Below are positions 26,919 through 35,751 of a stretch of 64,000 nucleotides of DNA, piece after piece. Below the pieces are notes generated by a model. It was not told where the DNA came from, did no database searches, and saw nothing but the letters and a program-made list of their open reading frames with translations. The position numbers and the translations under genes are program-made. This DNA is from Acinetobacter phage nACB2. The stretch is taken from the sequence record OQ032512.1, one strand, 5' to 3'. How positions within the stretch are numbered: the stretch's first letter is position 1; every line of letters starts with the position of its first letter.

Positions 26919-27284
26919 ATGAACGTCATTGATAACCGTATTAAGATTACAACTCGGATGGGTGCAGATATAAATGAAACAATATCTGGAACTGACCCTG
27001 TCTCTAAGTTGAGTTATCGTTTTGATGAATATGAAGATATTCAACTACATCTTTCGCTTTCCAAAATAGGGCAGCCGTATTATTCTAAGCCTTTGGATTA
27101 CGACGCAGCTTTACCCAGAACATTAATCATTCAATTAACAGAATCTGAACTATTGAATGAACATCCTGTCGAAACAATGGGTTTTGTAAACCCACCACCT
27201 TTCTTTCACTTTTATATCAATGCAAAGAAAGGTGGTAATAGAGTGGTATTGTTTAATGGTGTTATTGAACGCCCTCAATATTAA
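26919..27284 (+). CDS. Hypothetical protein (121 aa) encoded on the opposite strand inside the late structural operon.
   Basis: A plus-strand ORF with an AGAGGA SD. It diverges from the 821-aa gene and converges on gp25-like; the two stop codons overlap by 4 nt. Confidence 0.45.
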   Translation: MNVIDNRIKITTRMGADINETISGTDPVSKLSYRFDEYEDIQLHLSLSKIGQPYYSKPLDYDAALPRTLIIQLTESELLNEHPVETMGFVNPPPFFHFYINAKKGGNRVVLFNGVIERPQY

Positions 27285-27652
27285 GATGTGCGTACAATCT
27301 TAATAGAATCTTCAGACATCTCCAGCTCATTTTCGTACAGATACTTGATCTTGATAATGAGATGGTGATGTTTTGAACCGTCAAAATCTATTGCTTTAAT
27401 GACAATTCTTGGTTCATCAATTCTAGCAATCTCCTCAATCTTAGATGTTATCTGCGCTCTCAACAAAGCATTATCATTATCGAACAAAGTCTGATAGATA
27501 TTTCCGCCGTGGATATCGCTGCGCATAATAAAATCTTCAATCCCAGATAATACTAGGGTCTTGAATGCTTGAAATACAGCCTTTTTACCGCGCAACAGGT
27601 TCAAATCTCTAGTCTGCGGGTGTATGAGAAAATTGGGGTCGAAATCAGCCAT
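27281..27652 (-). CDS. gp25: Baseplate wedge protein gp25-like (GPW/gp25 family).
   Basis: Start moved to the ATG at 27652 (SD GGAGA); the TTG at 27685 is an ORF-caller artefact. 'FDPNFLIHPQ...VFQAFKTLVLSGIEDFIMRSDIHGGNIYQTLFDNDNALLRAQITSKIEEIARIDEPRI' aligns with T4 gp25 'FDPEFGCDLSDQLFENMTPLTADTVERNIESAVRNYEPRI'. Confidence 0.7.
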   Translation of the reverse strand: MADFDPNFLIHPQTRDLNLLRGKKAVFQAFKTLVLSGIEDFIMRSDIHGGNIYQTLFDNDNALLRAQITSKIEEIARIDEPRIVIKAIDFDGSKHHHLIIKIKYLYENELEMSEDSIKIVRTS

Positions 27653-29087
27653 TAGAGTTATCTCCAGTATTTTGTTGCGCACCAAGTGGTATTATTTGAG
27701 CGCCCATTCCAAGGTAGGGTAAATCATTGTAAACAAAGAACCCACTATATTGAGAAGGCATTTCATCAAGTCTAGGAATGAACATACCATTAGCAACGTT
27801 CAAAGGCGCGTCTGGTTTGATCTGTTTACTGCCACCATCTTGATCAGTTTCAATCTGAATAGACTGAGACAGATTAGCTAGAGACATACCAGCTGGAGAT
27901 CCGGGAGCAAATGCGTTAGCAAACTTTGCAACCTCTGCAGTAGCAGCATTGAGTTGAGCAACAGGCGCGGTACAAGTTAATTCAGCTGCGGTAACATCAG
28001 TGGAATTAATCTCTTTTGCATCCATAGGCTTAGAAAAGGCTGAAGGCGCGTTTACCTGCAAATCTGACGATTCTACGGTCATCTGATCATTAGACATAAC
28101 CTTTTGACCGACCTTCTCATAAGATTGCCCCTCGACAATTTCTGCTTGGTCTTCCTTCTGAAGCTTCTGAACTGAACCGCCTGCAAGCAAATAAAGGTCT
28201 TTATGAGCCTTTATCACAACATCACCGTCCATATGCATTTCAATGTAAGAACCTGACATATGGAATATCATAATCCTTTCGGCGCCAGGAGTATCATCCA
28301 CCTCAATGCAATGACCAGACGGCGATTGGTACACCTTATTATGAGGATATTGAGGAGCTGCCTTACCTCTTGGTTCAGTTACTCCAGATATTCTAGAATC
28401 TGGAGTTGAGGCGTCAGTAGAGCTACCTGATGACTCAGGCAACTCCTCAACTTCCTTTCCCAATAAAACGCTCAATGCGCGTTTATACATTGACGTACGC
28501 TCTTCCATATGAAGACTAGCAGCATTAATGCGTTTCACACAAACAGCCCAGTTTCCTGAATCAGCCTGACGGTTCAAACCTTTGTCGCTCCAGAACCAAC
28601 AAGCCGAAGCTGATGCGGCAGGTTTTTGTTGCAATACTTCAGGGTTACTCAGAGAATTGAATGATGGTTCTTTACGATGAAAGGCTGCTACGTTACCTTT
28701 ACCTGTTAACTGTATAAGACCTTGACCACGGTATTTCCAACCATCACCCGAAGCTTCGGAACCATTACCATTTTTGTTAGCATAAACGTAGTTAGCAATC
28801 TTTTGAGGATTTCTAGCATATGACTCCGCCGACACCTTTGCGAACTTAGATGGAAACGTATTTCTCAACCCTTCAGCTGAATAGTTCAGATTTTCAACGA
28901 GGGTCTTGAAGTTATTAGATTCTACAGACAAGTTACCAAAGAACATAGAAATACGATACGTAGTTGTAATATCGTATTTCTTCATATATGGCCATAGCAC
29001 TGAATGCCAATCTGACGCATTGCTCAGACCGAAAATCTTTTGTAGATGATCTACTGTTAATTCAACAGGAATATTTTCCGCGCTCAT
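27645..29087 (-). CDS. Tail-associated lysozyme: N-terminal GH19/COG3179 'phage chitinase-type' lysozyme domain plus a C-terminal gpV/gp5-spike-like domain (480 aa).
   Basis: 'GNLSVESNNF...YANKNGNGSEASGDGWKYRGQGLIQLTGKGN' matches the COG3179 GH19 lysozyme signature. The C-terminal half 'HCIEVDDTPGAERIMIFHMSGSYIEMHMDGDVVIKAHKDLYLLAGG' looks like a spike beta-structure. TAATG coupling with the upstream gene. Confidence 0.65.
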   Translation of the reverse strand: MSAENIPVELTVDHLQKIFGLSNASDWHSVLWPYMKKYDITTTYRISMFFGNLSVESNNFKTLVENLNYSAEGLRNTFPSKFAKVSAESYARNPQKIANYVYANKNGNGSEASGDGWKYRGQGLIQLTGKGNVAAFHRKEPSFNSLSNPEVLQQKPAASASACWFWSDKGLNRQADSGNWAVCVKRINAASLHMEERTSMYKRALSVLLGKEVEELPESSGSSTDASTPDSRISGVTEPRGKAAPQYPHNKVYQSPSGHCIEVDDTPGAERIMIFHMSGSYIEMHMDGDVVIKAHKDLYLLAGGSVQKLQKEDQAEIVEGQSYEKVGQKVMSNDQMTVESSDLQVNAPSAFSKPMDAKEINSTDVTAAELTCTAPVAQLNAATAEVAKFANAFAPGSPAGMSLANLSQSIQIETDQDGGSKQIKPDAPLNVANGMFIPRLDEMPSQYSGFFVYNDLPYLGMGAQIIPLGAQQNTGDNSNG

Positions 29088-30040
29088 TATTTTTTCCTCA
29101 AGTTAGCAGTATCTGGGAATGAAGCTCCAATCAAAGATGATCTCGCATATGATGTTCTTGTGACCTCACCGCCGTTTTGAGAAGCCTTATTCTTGGAAGA
29201 CTGGTTACCACCCACTGCGTAAATGCGTCCATTCTTTTCATATTCGCAGAAGAACACGTGTCCAGAACTAGCGCCCCGATTACCAGCAATGACACATATT
29301 GATCCAGGAGGTATTGGTTTTTGATTTAGGACATTCTTGCCGTATTTCACATAAGAACGCGCAGCAGCTGAACCAGAGCCTTTGATACCAACCTGATTTA
29401 GACACCAACCAATGAAAGAAGCGCACCAAGGCGTCTCACCACCCCATTTAGATGAACCTCCGCCTTTAGCGTGGTATTGTCTGATCTGATTAGGGTGATC
29501 TCGCTCGTTCTTGCCTAGTTCACCAATGGCCACTTTCAACCAAGGATAGTTCGCTAACTCTTCTGGACTGATTTGAGTTTCATTGCCATTAGTTGAGCCG
29601 TCAATATCGCCTTCAATTGCATTAGCGTCTTTAGCTGCATAAACATCCGAAGACGTTACAATACCTCTAGCTAATGGGTTAACATCATGATCCGTACCAT
29701 TTGGAAAGGGCATAGCTGTATCTGTAAGATTTTGACGTTGCCCAGCTATGGTGAACTGTACTTCCCATTCTTGGTAATCATTCTCGCTTTTTGGTCTTAG
29801 TCTGACCATTGAGCCTTCGAGAAGCCCTAATGGGGCAGCGCCTAGACCTGATACAAATGGATTAGTTGCAGGCACAGCAATAGAACACCAAGGTAATTTT
29901 TCTTTTGGTACTTCTGCTGTGTTTAATGAATGAATTCCAAATATGCGTACGCGCACCCGACCTGTTTCAGTTGGATCCATAAGGTCTTCAACGATGCCCA
30001 CATAATCGCCGCAATATAACGGTCTTGATATTTGAGACAT
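29087..30040 (-). CDS. Baseplate hub/cell-puncturing protein, N-terminal part: gp5-like OB-fold plus a CHAP peptidoglycan hydrolase domain (317 aa).
   Basis: 'YVGIVEDLMDPTETGRVRVRIFGIH' resembles the gp5/VgrG N-terminal OB-fold motif. The C-terminus 'PWCASFIGWC...GHVFFC' has the CHAP catalytic Cys and His. Confidence 0.65.
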   Translation of the reverse strand: MSQISRPLYCGDYVGIVEDLMDPTETGRVRVRIFGIHSLNTAEVPKEKLPWCSIAVPATNPFVSGLGAAPLGLLEGSMVRLRPKSENDYQEWEVQFTIAGQRQNLTDTAMPFPNGTDHDVNPLARGIVTSSDVYAAKDANAIEGDIDGSTNGNETQISPEELANYPWLKVAIGELGKNERDHPNQIRQYHAKGGGSSKWGGETPWCASFIGWCLNQVGIKGSGSAAARSYVKYGKNVLNQKPIPPGSICVIAGNRGASSGHVFFCEYEKNGRIYAVGGNQSSKNKASQNGGEVTRTSYARSSLIGASFPDTANLRKK

Positions 30041-30046
30041 AAAAAA

Positions 30047-30089
30047 GCCTGATTGATAAATTCTCTATTGAGATATTTATCAATCAGGC
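30047..30089 (-). promoter_or_regulatory. Perfect 15-bp inverted repeat (gcctgattgataaat / atttatcaatcaggc) in the leader of the gp5-like gene. It overlaps a late-promoter-like GATAAATA.
   Basis: Read directly: a 13-nt loop, located between the terminator at 30098-30113 and the ATG at 30040. Confidence 0.45.
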
Positions 30090-30114
30090 AAAATAAAAGG
30101 GGCGTTTGCCCCTA
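30088..30114 (-). terminator. Terminator after the 112-aa gene (aggggc-gttt-gcccct + T-run on the minus strand).
   Basis: Read directly. Confidence 0.65.
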
Positions 30115-30117
30115 GTA

Positions 30118-30456
30118 TTATTTTAAGTGTGGACCAAATAAATCCATTTTGATAAGCATTTGTTTGAACGCTTCAACCATCTCACCCGAGAATGGGTAGT
30201 GGCATGATTTGATATATTCAGACACTTCAGATAAAGTTTCAAAATGAATAGCGTCGCCCCCGTCACCAGCTTCAATGCTAGATTCATTAACCTCGTATAA
30301 ACCACCAGCTGAATCAACAGACTTATCAAAAGCGATATAAATCCAACGGTCGCCTTTGATATAATTTAGAGCAGGAAGACCACTTAATGAATGATCTTTA
30401 GAAGTCATGTGGATTTCTTGTGTGAAATTTTCGATGATGATATCTTGTTTAGACAT
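30118..30456 (-). CDS. Hypothetical protein (112 aa).
   Basis: The leader 'ctcaacggagtaaatcaaATG' is identical to that of the 9050 gene, and an early promoter lies upstream. Confidence 0.55.
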   Translation of the reverse strand: MSKQDIIIENFTQEIHMTSKDHSLSGLPALNYIKGDRWIYIAFDKSVDSAGGLYEVNESSIEAGDGGDAIHFETLSEVSEYIKSCHYPFSGEMVEAFKQMLIKMDLFGPHLK

Positions 30457-30496
30457 TTGATTTACTCCGTTGAGCGTTATTGAATTTCATAGTACC

Positions 30497-30525
30497 ATTA
30501 TAACCTCTTTTTGATTTGAAGTAAA
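30497..30525 (-). promoter_or_regulatory. Sigma70-type promoter on the minus strand: TTTACT-17-TATAAT.
   Basis: Minus strand reads 'cCTTTACTTcaaatcaaaaagaggtTATAATgg'. Same architecture as the promoters at 8980 and 9696. Confidence 0.55.
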
Positions 30526-30594
30526 GGAATATTCGCGATTAACTCGAATTATTTTCTATGCTTCCATATAGTAGTCTGGAACCCACTATTTTGG

Positions 30595-30626
30595 TATTAA
30601 AAAGCCCTGTACTAAACAGGGCTTAA
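30595..30626. terminator. Hairpin terminator (aaagccctgt-actaa-acagggctt), family 1.
   Basis: Read directly. A conserved motif 'ccatatagtagtctgg' lies 24 nt away, and the same motif is next to the 40551 copy. Confidence 0.65.
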
Positions 30627-30644
30627 AATTACATTTCTATAATT

Positions 30645-31286
30645 TTATGATGATGATTTTGCTGCTTCAACTTCAGCCTTTTTCTTAGCTGCGCGCTCTT
30701 TTGCTGCTATAGACATTTGAACGCGCTTTTTGATTTCTTCATCAGAAAGGTCTTTATACTTCGGATTCAACTTAGCTTCTGCAAAAGCTGCATCAAATGG
30801 GTCTGTATAACCATTCTGTTCCACAATTTGGTCTGAAACTTCTTGCGGTGTACGATCATCACCTTCAGAAGAACCTTCGAATGCCTTTTCGCTAGGCGTT
30901 AAAGCATCATTAAGTTTAGTTGCTGTTTCAGCAACTTCTTCTGCTACTTTATCGACATCCAAGACTGGTTTACTTTCTGGAACATCATCTTTTGTTCCAG
31001 TATCAGCCAGTTCGGCTTTAGGCGCGTCAATAGATACGTTAGCATCATCTTTTGTAGCCACTTCAATTGTTTCTGTTGATGCTTGAGTTGCCAGCTTTCG
31101 ATTTTCAGATTGTTCTGCTCGGATTTCATCGAAATGATCTGAGTACATTTTGTCTGCATTTGGTAACCCCATTAAGAGTTCATCAATACGTTCTGTACGT
31201 TTCGCTACTACACCGCGTGGCGTTAATACAGCATTTGGATTCTTGCGAATCATCACCTCGATATGAGGTGGCATACGTGTTTGCAT
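30645..31286 (-). CDS. Hypothetical acidic protein (213 aa).
   Basis: ORF. Confidence 0.5.
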   Translation of the reverse strand: MQTRMPPHIEVMIRKNPNAVLTPRGVVAKRTERIDELLMGLPNADKMYSDHFDEIRAEQSENRKLATQASTETIEVATKDDANVSIDAPKAELADTGTKDDVPESKPVLDVDKVAEEVAETATKLNDALTPSEKAFEGSSEGDDRTPQEVSDQIVEQNGYTDPFDAAFAEAKLNPKYKDLSDEEIKKRVQMSIAAKERAAKKKAEVEAAKSSS

Positions 31287-31287
31287 T

Positions 31288-31710
31288 TTAAATATCCTTC
31301 TGGATTATAGGCGTTTGTACAGGCTTAGAAAAGTTCAATTGTACCACTTCTACGCCCATACGCTTCAAGTAATCAATACCGTCTGTTAGACGATATCCTT
31401 CAATATATTCTACATAGGACACGCCTTGTTCAACTATACGTTTAGCGCAAGCTAAACAAGGTGAATGGGTGATGTGTAGAGATACAATATCATCAGACTG
31501 TTCTAAAACATGTTCTTCTCCATGAGTAACTTCATCTTTGGAACGCTCCATTGTTATCTCACACGGAGAACCGTCTTTCATATGATTCCAACCCAAGAAT
31601 ATATTTCCTCTTGAATCTTTTCCAATAGCTCCAACCTGCAGTCTGAGGCAATTTGAGTTCTTAGCTAGAGAATACAATTGATTCGGGCGAATGAGTCTAT
31701 GCGGATTCAT
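31288..31710 (-). CDS. cd: dCMP (deoxycytidylate) deaminase.
   Basis: Zinc-binding motifs 'HGEEHVL' (H-x-E) and 'SPCLACAKRI' (PCxxC). Confidence 0.8.
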   Translation of the reverse strand: MNPHRLIRPNQLYSLAKNSNCLRLQVGAIGKDSRGNIFLGWNHMKDGSPCEITMERSKDEVTHGEEHVLEQSDDIVSLHITHSPCLACAKRIVEQGVSYVEYIEGYRLTDGIDYLKRMGVEVVQLNFSKPVQTPIIQKDI

Positions 31711-31916
31711 TCTTTCACCGCCTTTACATTTTTTAGATAGAATATGTCGTTGTTAATATAACCTGTCAACGTATGAGTCACGCCAGAAAGACTGTTCTTG
31801 TATTTCAAGAATACATCGCGCTTCTCATCCATTCTACCGTTCCATTCAGAAAGGTTGATTGATAAACCCTTTTCTACAATTTTATCAATAATGAATTCAG
31901 GAAGACATAGTTGCAT
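31707..31916 (-). CDS. Hypothetical protein (69 aa).
   Basis: ATGA-coupled ORF. Confidence 0.4.
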   Translation of the reverse strand: MQLCLPEFIIDKIVEKGLSINLSEWNGRMDEKRDVFLKYKNSLSGVTHTLTGYINNDIFYLKNVKAVKE

Positions 31917-31917
31917 T

Positions 31918-32727
31918 TTAGAACAACTCCAATAAAGAGTTAGTCGTTGAATACTTCTTGATCAGCTCTTCAGACGGAGAGTATTTGTATTCTCTGTTAG
32001 AACGGTAGATTTCATTCCACTTTTCTAGGTCTGGAACAAAGTGATAATCATCTTCAAAGTCAACGCCTTCAATTGAGTTGTTCTTCAAGATATCAGCCAC
32101 TATAGGTGCTAGATACTCAGTTGGGCCAATTAAAACATTAGCGCCGTAGAAGATAGCATGGTTTAGACCCTTTTCAGTGGACTTAATCTTCTCTAGCACA
32201 TGTTTGATCTGCATTGGTTCAAACTTTCCAGCGCGCGCACGACGTTCCATAATGCGTTCTAGATGGAGTTCACAAGGATGATTAAACCCGCACCATACAG
32301 ATACGTGACCCATAGCTCGTAGCTCTCGGTCTAGGCGGTACATTGCTGAGAATACTGAAGACCATAAGATGCCTTCCATAATAACAGACTTGGTGCGGAT
32401 TAGGTCTTTGACCATAGGAGCAATAACATAGAAGTCGCGTACGACATCTAGACCACCACAATCACGCTCATAAGAACCTAACAAAAAGAAGTCGTCATAT
32501 TCATAATACGGGAATGTTAGTGTACCGTGCTTCTCAGAAGGTACTTCAATAGACTTCAACTCACCTTTACCAAAGTTTTCAATAATTTTGCGAACGGTGT
32601 AAGATTTACCCGAACCGTTGGAACCACGAATGTTTATCAAAACATTACCAGTTTGTTTAATCTCAGGAAGAATCTCAATATCAGAGTTCTTAGAAATAGT
32701 CTTTGAGATTTCAAATTTTCTTGTCAT
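31918..32727 (-). CDS. P-loop NTPase/kinase-like protein (about 269 aa).
   Basis: Walker A 'GSNGSGKS'. Start moved to the ATG at 32727 (SD GGAG; the ORF-track TTG is an artefact). Confidence 0.55.
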   Translation of the reverse strand: MTRKFEISKTISKNSDIEILPEIKQTGNVLINIRGSNGSGKSYTVRKIIENFGKGELKSIEVPSEKHGTLTFPYYEYDDFFLLGSYERDCGGLDVVRDFYVIAPMVKDLIRTKSVIMEGILWSSVFSAMYRLDRELRAMGHVSVWCGFNHPCELHLERIMERRARAGKFEPMQIKHVLEKIKSTEKGLNHAIFYGANVLIGPTEYLAPIVADILKNNSIEGVDFEDDYHFVPDLEKWNEIYRSNREYKYSPSEELIKKYSTTNSLLELF

Positions 32728-32769
32728 TACACACTCCAAAAAGAAGGGGCGATGCCCCTTCTTATGTAA

Positions 32770-33009
32770 TCAGGCTACGCGTTCAATACTTGCTTCAAGC
32801 TCGGCTTCCAAAGCAGCGTCTACTTTAGTTACACATTTCCACGCTCCAAACTTCATATTGCCGTAATGTTGGCGCATATAAAGGTCACCATTCTGTACTT
32901 GTACCTGTTTCATTTCAGGTGTGATCTGTAAAGTGGCGTGATTTAATACTACTGTAGCAATGGTAGATGCTTTTACGTTGTATTGCTTACAAATATTTTT
33001 CAACTTCAT
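32770..33009 (-). CDS. Hypothetical protein (79 aa).
   Basis: ORF; a terminator hairpin at 32743-32765 lies downstream. Confidence 0.4.
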   Translation of the reverse strand: MKLKNICKQYNVKASTIATVVLNHATLQITPEMKQVQVQNGDLYMRQHYGNMKFGAWKCVTKVDAALEAELEASIERVA

Positions 33010-33299
33010 TTCTTGAGTCCTTCAACTTTTTCCAATTCTCGCATAGCGATAGAAATATGACTGTATGTGTCGTGATCCAATTTATTGAATCCAGAGCTGT
33101 GACGGTTCATCAAAACCTTTAAAAATTCATAGCCCTCTTGAGTATGAACTAAATTTTGCTGAAGCTCGTTTTTCAATTTAGTTGAATCCACGCCCTGACC
33201 AACTTCCAAAGCAGCAGTCATTGCCTTCTTTGTAGCTTGAATAACATCTTGTTCAGCGTTATACAATTTGCGCTCATCTTCAGTGAATAGTCCGCCCAT
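33006..33299 (-). CDS. Hypothetical protein (97 aa).
   Basis: ATGA/TAATG-coupled ORF. Confidence 0.4.
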   Translation of the reverse strand: MGGLFTEDERKLYNAEQDVIQATKKAMTAALEVGQGVDSTKLKNELQQNLVHTQEGYEFLKVLMNRHSSGFNKLDHDTYSHISIAMRELEKVEGLKK

Positions 33300-35008
33300 T
33301 ACATTTTAACCTCAATTATGCTGGAAAGGAACCAGTCAGGGAAAATTTCACGGTTGTCGTGTAGTAAGCGCCCGAAAGAGCTATCTGTAATATAGGTTGT
33401 AGCATGGTCATCTACGCCCCGCACAGAACGACCTGCAGCCTGAACAATCTGTAGAATTGCTTTGCGAGCATACCAGCCTGAACGATATTCTGAATTCAGT
33501 TTGATCAAAGGGTCGCCGAGATAACCGTATGGAACTTTAGCAATGACTTGGAAACGGCTCATATCACCTTTGAAGTCGTAACCTTTCACGATAGACGGAC
33601 TGATACACACTCGACCTGAATTGTGATTAGACATCTCATCAACAATTTCATTTCGATCGCGTCCAATAAAAGCGCCACCCTTTTTCGGAAGGTGCTGGAA
33701 GATGTTATTACCCAAGGCGTAAGACACACAATGGATCAATCCATTACTAGGCGCGTGACGCTCGATGATTTTACTCATGAATACTCCCATCTTTTCAAAA
33801 TCTTTAAATCCCGCGTTGACTTTGAACTTAGGAATGTAATAGATTTTACGGTTACTCAATGGGATGGGATTATCTAATTCACCGTAGACAAATTTTGAAA
33901 GCCCTAGAGTGGACGCGTATTCATCAATACCGCAAATGGTAGCAGACATATGCAGGAAAATATCAGCTTTACGGAACAATGCATAGTCAGCAACCTGCCA
34001 AGCGAAAATAGGTTTAACTACAGACATTTGTCTTTCAGCATCGTTCATATATTCATTAACAATCCATTTAGCTCCTGCAGCAGCTTTACCAAATAGGGTC
34101 AATTTATCACCAATCTGTTGCATTAATTCTAGCATATCACCGTAGCGTTCTACCTTGGAATCAGACATACCGTTGTCTTTGTCGGAAAGAATACCGTCCA
34201 GAGTTTCTTGAATATCTTCAGAGATATCATGAAGAATGTTACACTCAGCTGCCAATTCTTCAGGTGTGTCAAAGTATTCTTGCTTAGAATACGCTTCCAA
34301 CATTTTATGTAATTCAACCATACCTTCGTAGAATTGAGGAAAACCTAATTCTTCAGTAAATCGGTATTGTCCCGGAATGATTGTAATAGATGTATGGTCT
34401 ACAATGGCATCATCAATCTCATGACATTCATCAATAACCATAAGTTGAGTTTTTGTTTCATCTGTCATGCACAGAGAATCGCAAGCTTCAATTTGGAAGC
34501 TGAAATTTGAAGAACGTAACTCTGCTTCATTACACCATTTAGTGCGCTTAATGACGTACGGACATTCGCGTTTTGCAACGCAACCGCCGTTACGACGCAT
34601 TGTTCGACACTGACCGCTGTTATATGGTCCTTTATTGAATGGACATTTATAATTGGTACGTCCGCGAAGATCATAAATGCGCTTATCTGTCTCAATATAC
34701 TGTTGTTGTAGACCAATAGTAGCAGTAATAATCGTGGTACGGAAGCCTTTAGCTAGGTCTTTCAATACAGCGTCTACGGTAGTTGCAATTACAGATTTAC
34801 CAATACCTGTAGGCGCTTGTAGTACAACGTGTTTCTCGCCCTTCAAAAATTGAGAGCACACCCAAACGATAGCTTGTAACTGTCCCGGATTTGGGGTTTC
34901 AAACGGGAAATGTTTTTTGGCTAATGTTAGCAACATTTCATTTTCTGGAGCAGAACCAGAACGCAACAAGTTATATGGATTTACGTATTCTTCAGCTTCG
35001 TTAAGCAT
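33299..35008 (-). CDS. SF2 DNA helicase of the XPD/DinG (Rad3-like) type with a 4-Cys Fe-S-like insertion.
   Basis: Walker A 'APTGIGKS', DEAH box 'VIDECHEIDD', motif VI 'QAAGRSVRG'. Cys cluster 'CPFNKGPYNSGQCRTMRRNGGCVAKRECPYVIKRTKWC' between motifs I and II. Confidence 0.7.
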   Translation of the reverse strand: MLNEAEEYVNPYNLLRSGSAPENEMLLTLAKKHFPFETPNPGQLQAIVWVCSQFLKGEKHVVLQAPTGIGKSVIATTVDAVLKDLAKGFRTTIITATIGLQQQYIETDKRIYDLRGRTNYKCPFNKGPYNSGQCRTMRRNGGCVAKRECPYVIKRTKWCNEAELRSSNFSFQIEACDSLCMTDETKTQLMVIDECHEIDDAIVDHTSITIIPGQYRFTEELGFPQFYEGMVELHKMLEAYSKQEYFDTPEELAAECNILHDISEDIQETLDGILSDKDNGMSDSKVERYGDMLELMQQIGDKLTLFGKAAAGAKWIVNEYMNDAERQMSVVKPIFAWQVADYALFRKADIFLHMSATICGIDEYASTLGLSKFVYGELDNPIPLSNRKIYYIPKFKVNAGFKDFEKMGVFMSKIIERHAPSNGLIHCVSYALGNNIFQHLPKKGGAFIGRDRNEIVDEMSNHNSGRVCISPSIVKGYDFKGDMSRFQVIAKVPYGYLGDPLIKLNSEYRSGWYARKAILQIVQAAGRSVRGVDDHATTYITDSSFGRLLHDNREIFPDWFLSSIIEVKM

Positions 35009-35011
35009 ATC

Positions 35012-35674
35012 TTATCCTTCGATTGAGTCATTACCTGAGAATGTGAGCATGAAACGGTACGCATCTAGCGCCGCATCATGAGCTGGGTGGTGGTAAACAA
35101 ATTGTTCACATTTAACGTCTTCGGGCTTGAGTTTTGCATAACGGCAACCAGTAAACAATTTGAACATTACAGAACATTCCCAAGTAGCGTACGGATTGTA
35201 CGGCAAAGGTACTTTGGTCTGAGACTTATCGTTACCCATTGTCACCATATACAAATGTTGTAATTTTGTAATATCGAAGTTGTTGCGATCAATAAGGCGC
35301 GTTTGATCTAGGCGCGTTCCGTTCTGAATATGATACGCCTGAAGTAGATTGAACATTTCCAATACAGAAATATCACCTTCTTTGGGCTTGATAATCATTT
35401 CTCGAACGGATTCTGGTTGATCTTTCCAGAATTGCATAGCACTCTTGGAAACACCTCGACCTAGACGCACTTGCTCATCAATGTTAAACTTCCATGCTTT
35501 AGCGCGTTCAATCAAAGATTCTAGGGTCAATTCATCCGTTCCATCTAAATGACCCTGTTTTAGTTCATCGTCAGATATGTAACAAACGCCAGTCATTGCA
35601 ATGATGGATGTATCCCATAGACTTAATGTCTCGTGGTCTATAAACGTCCATCCAGAAGGGGCTTTATAGCGCAT
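35012..35674 (-). CDS. DEDDh 3'-5' exonuclease (DnaQ-like; dexA-like).
   Basis: Exo I 'FIDHETL' (D-x-E) and Exo III 'YHHPAHDAALDAY' (H-x4-D). Confidence 0.6.
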   Translation of the reverse strand: MRYKAPSGWTFIDHETLSLWDTSIIAMTGVCYISDDELKQGHLDGTDELTLESLIERAKAWKFNIDEQVRLGRGVSKSAMQFWKDQPESVREMIIKPKEGDISVLEMFNLLQAYHIQNGTRLDQTRLIDRNNFDITKLQHLYMVTMGNDKSQTKVPLPYNPYATWECSVMFKLFTGCRYAKLKPEDVKCEQFVYHHPAHDAALDAYRFMLTFSGNDSIEG

Positions 35675-35689
35675 ACGCTTGTCTTCCTA

Positions 35690-35716
35690 TAAAAAGGAGA
35701 TCACTATTGATCTCCA
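35690..35716 (-). terminator. Rho-independent terminator (ggagatca-ctatt-gatctcc + T-run on the minus strand).
   Basis: Read directly. Confidence 0.7.
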
Positions 35717-35751
35717 GTTATTATAAAGTATTTTTACGAAATACCAAAAAA

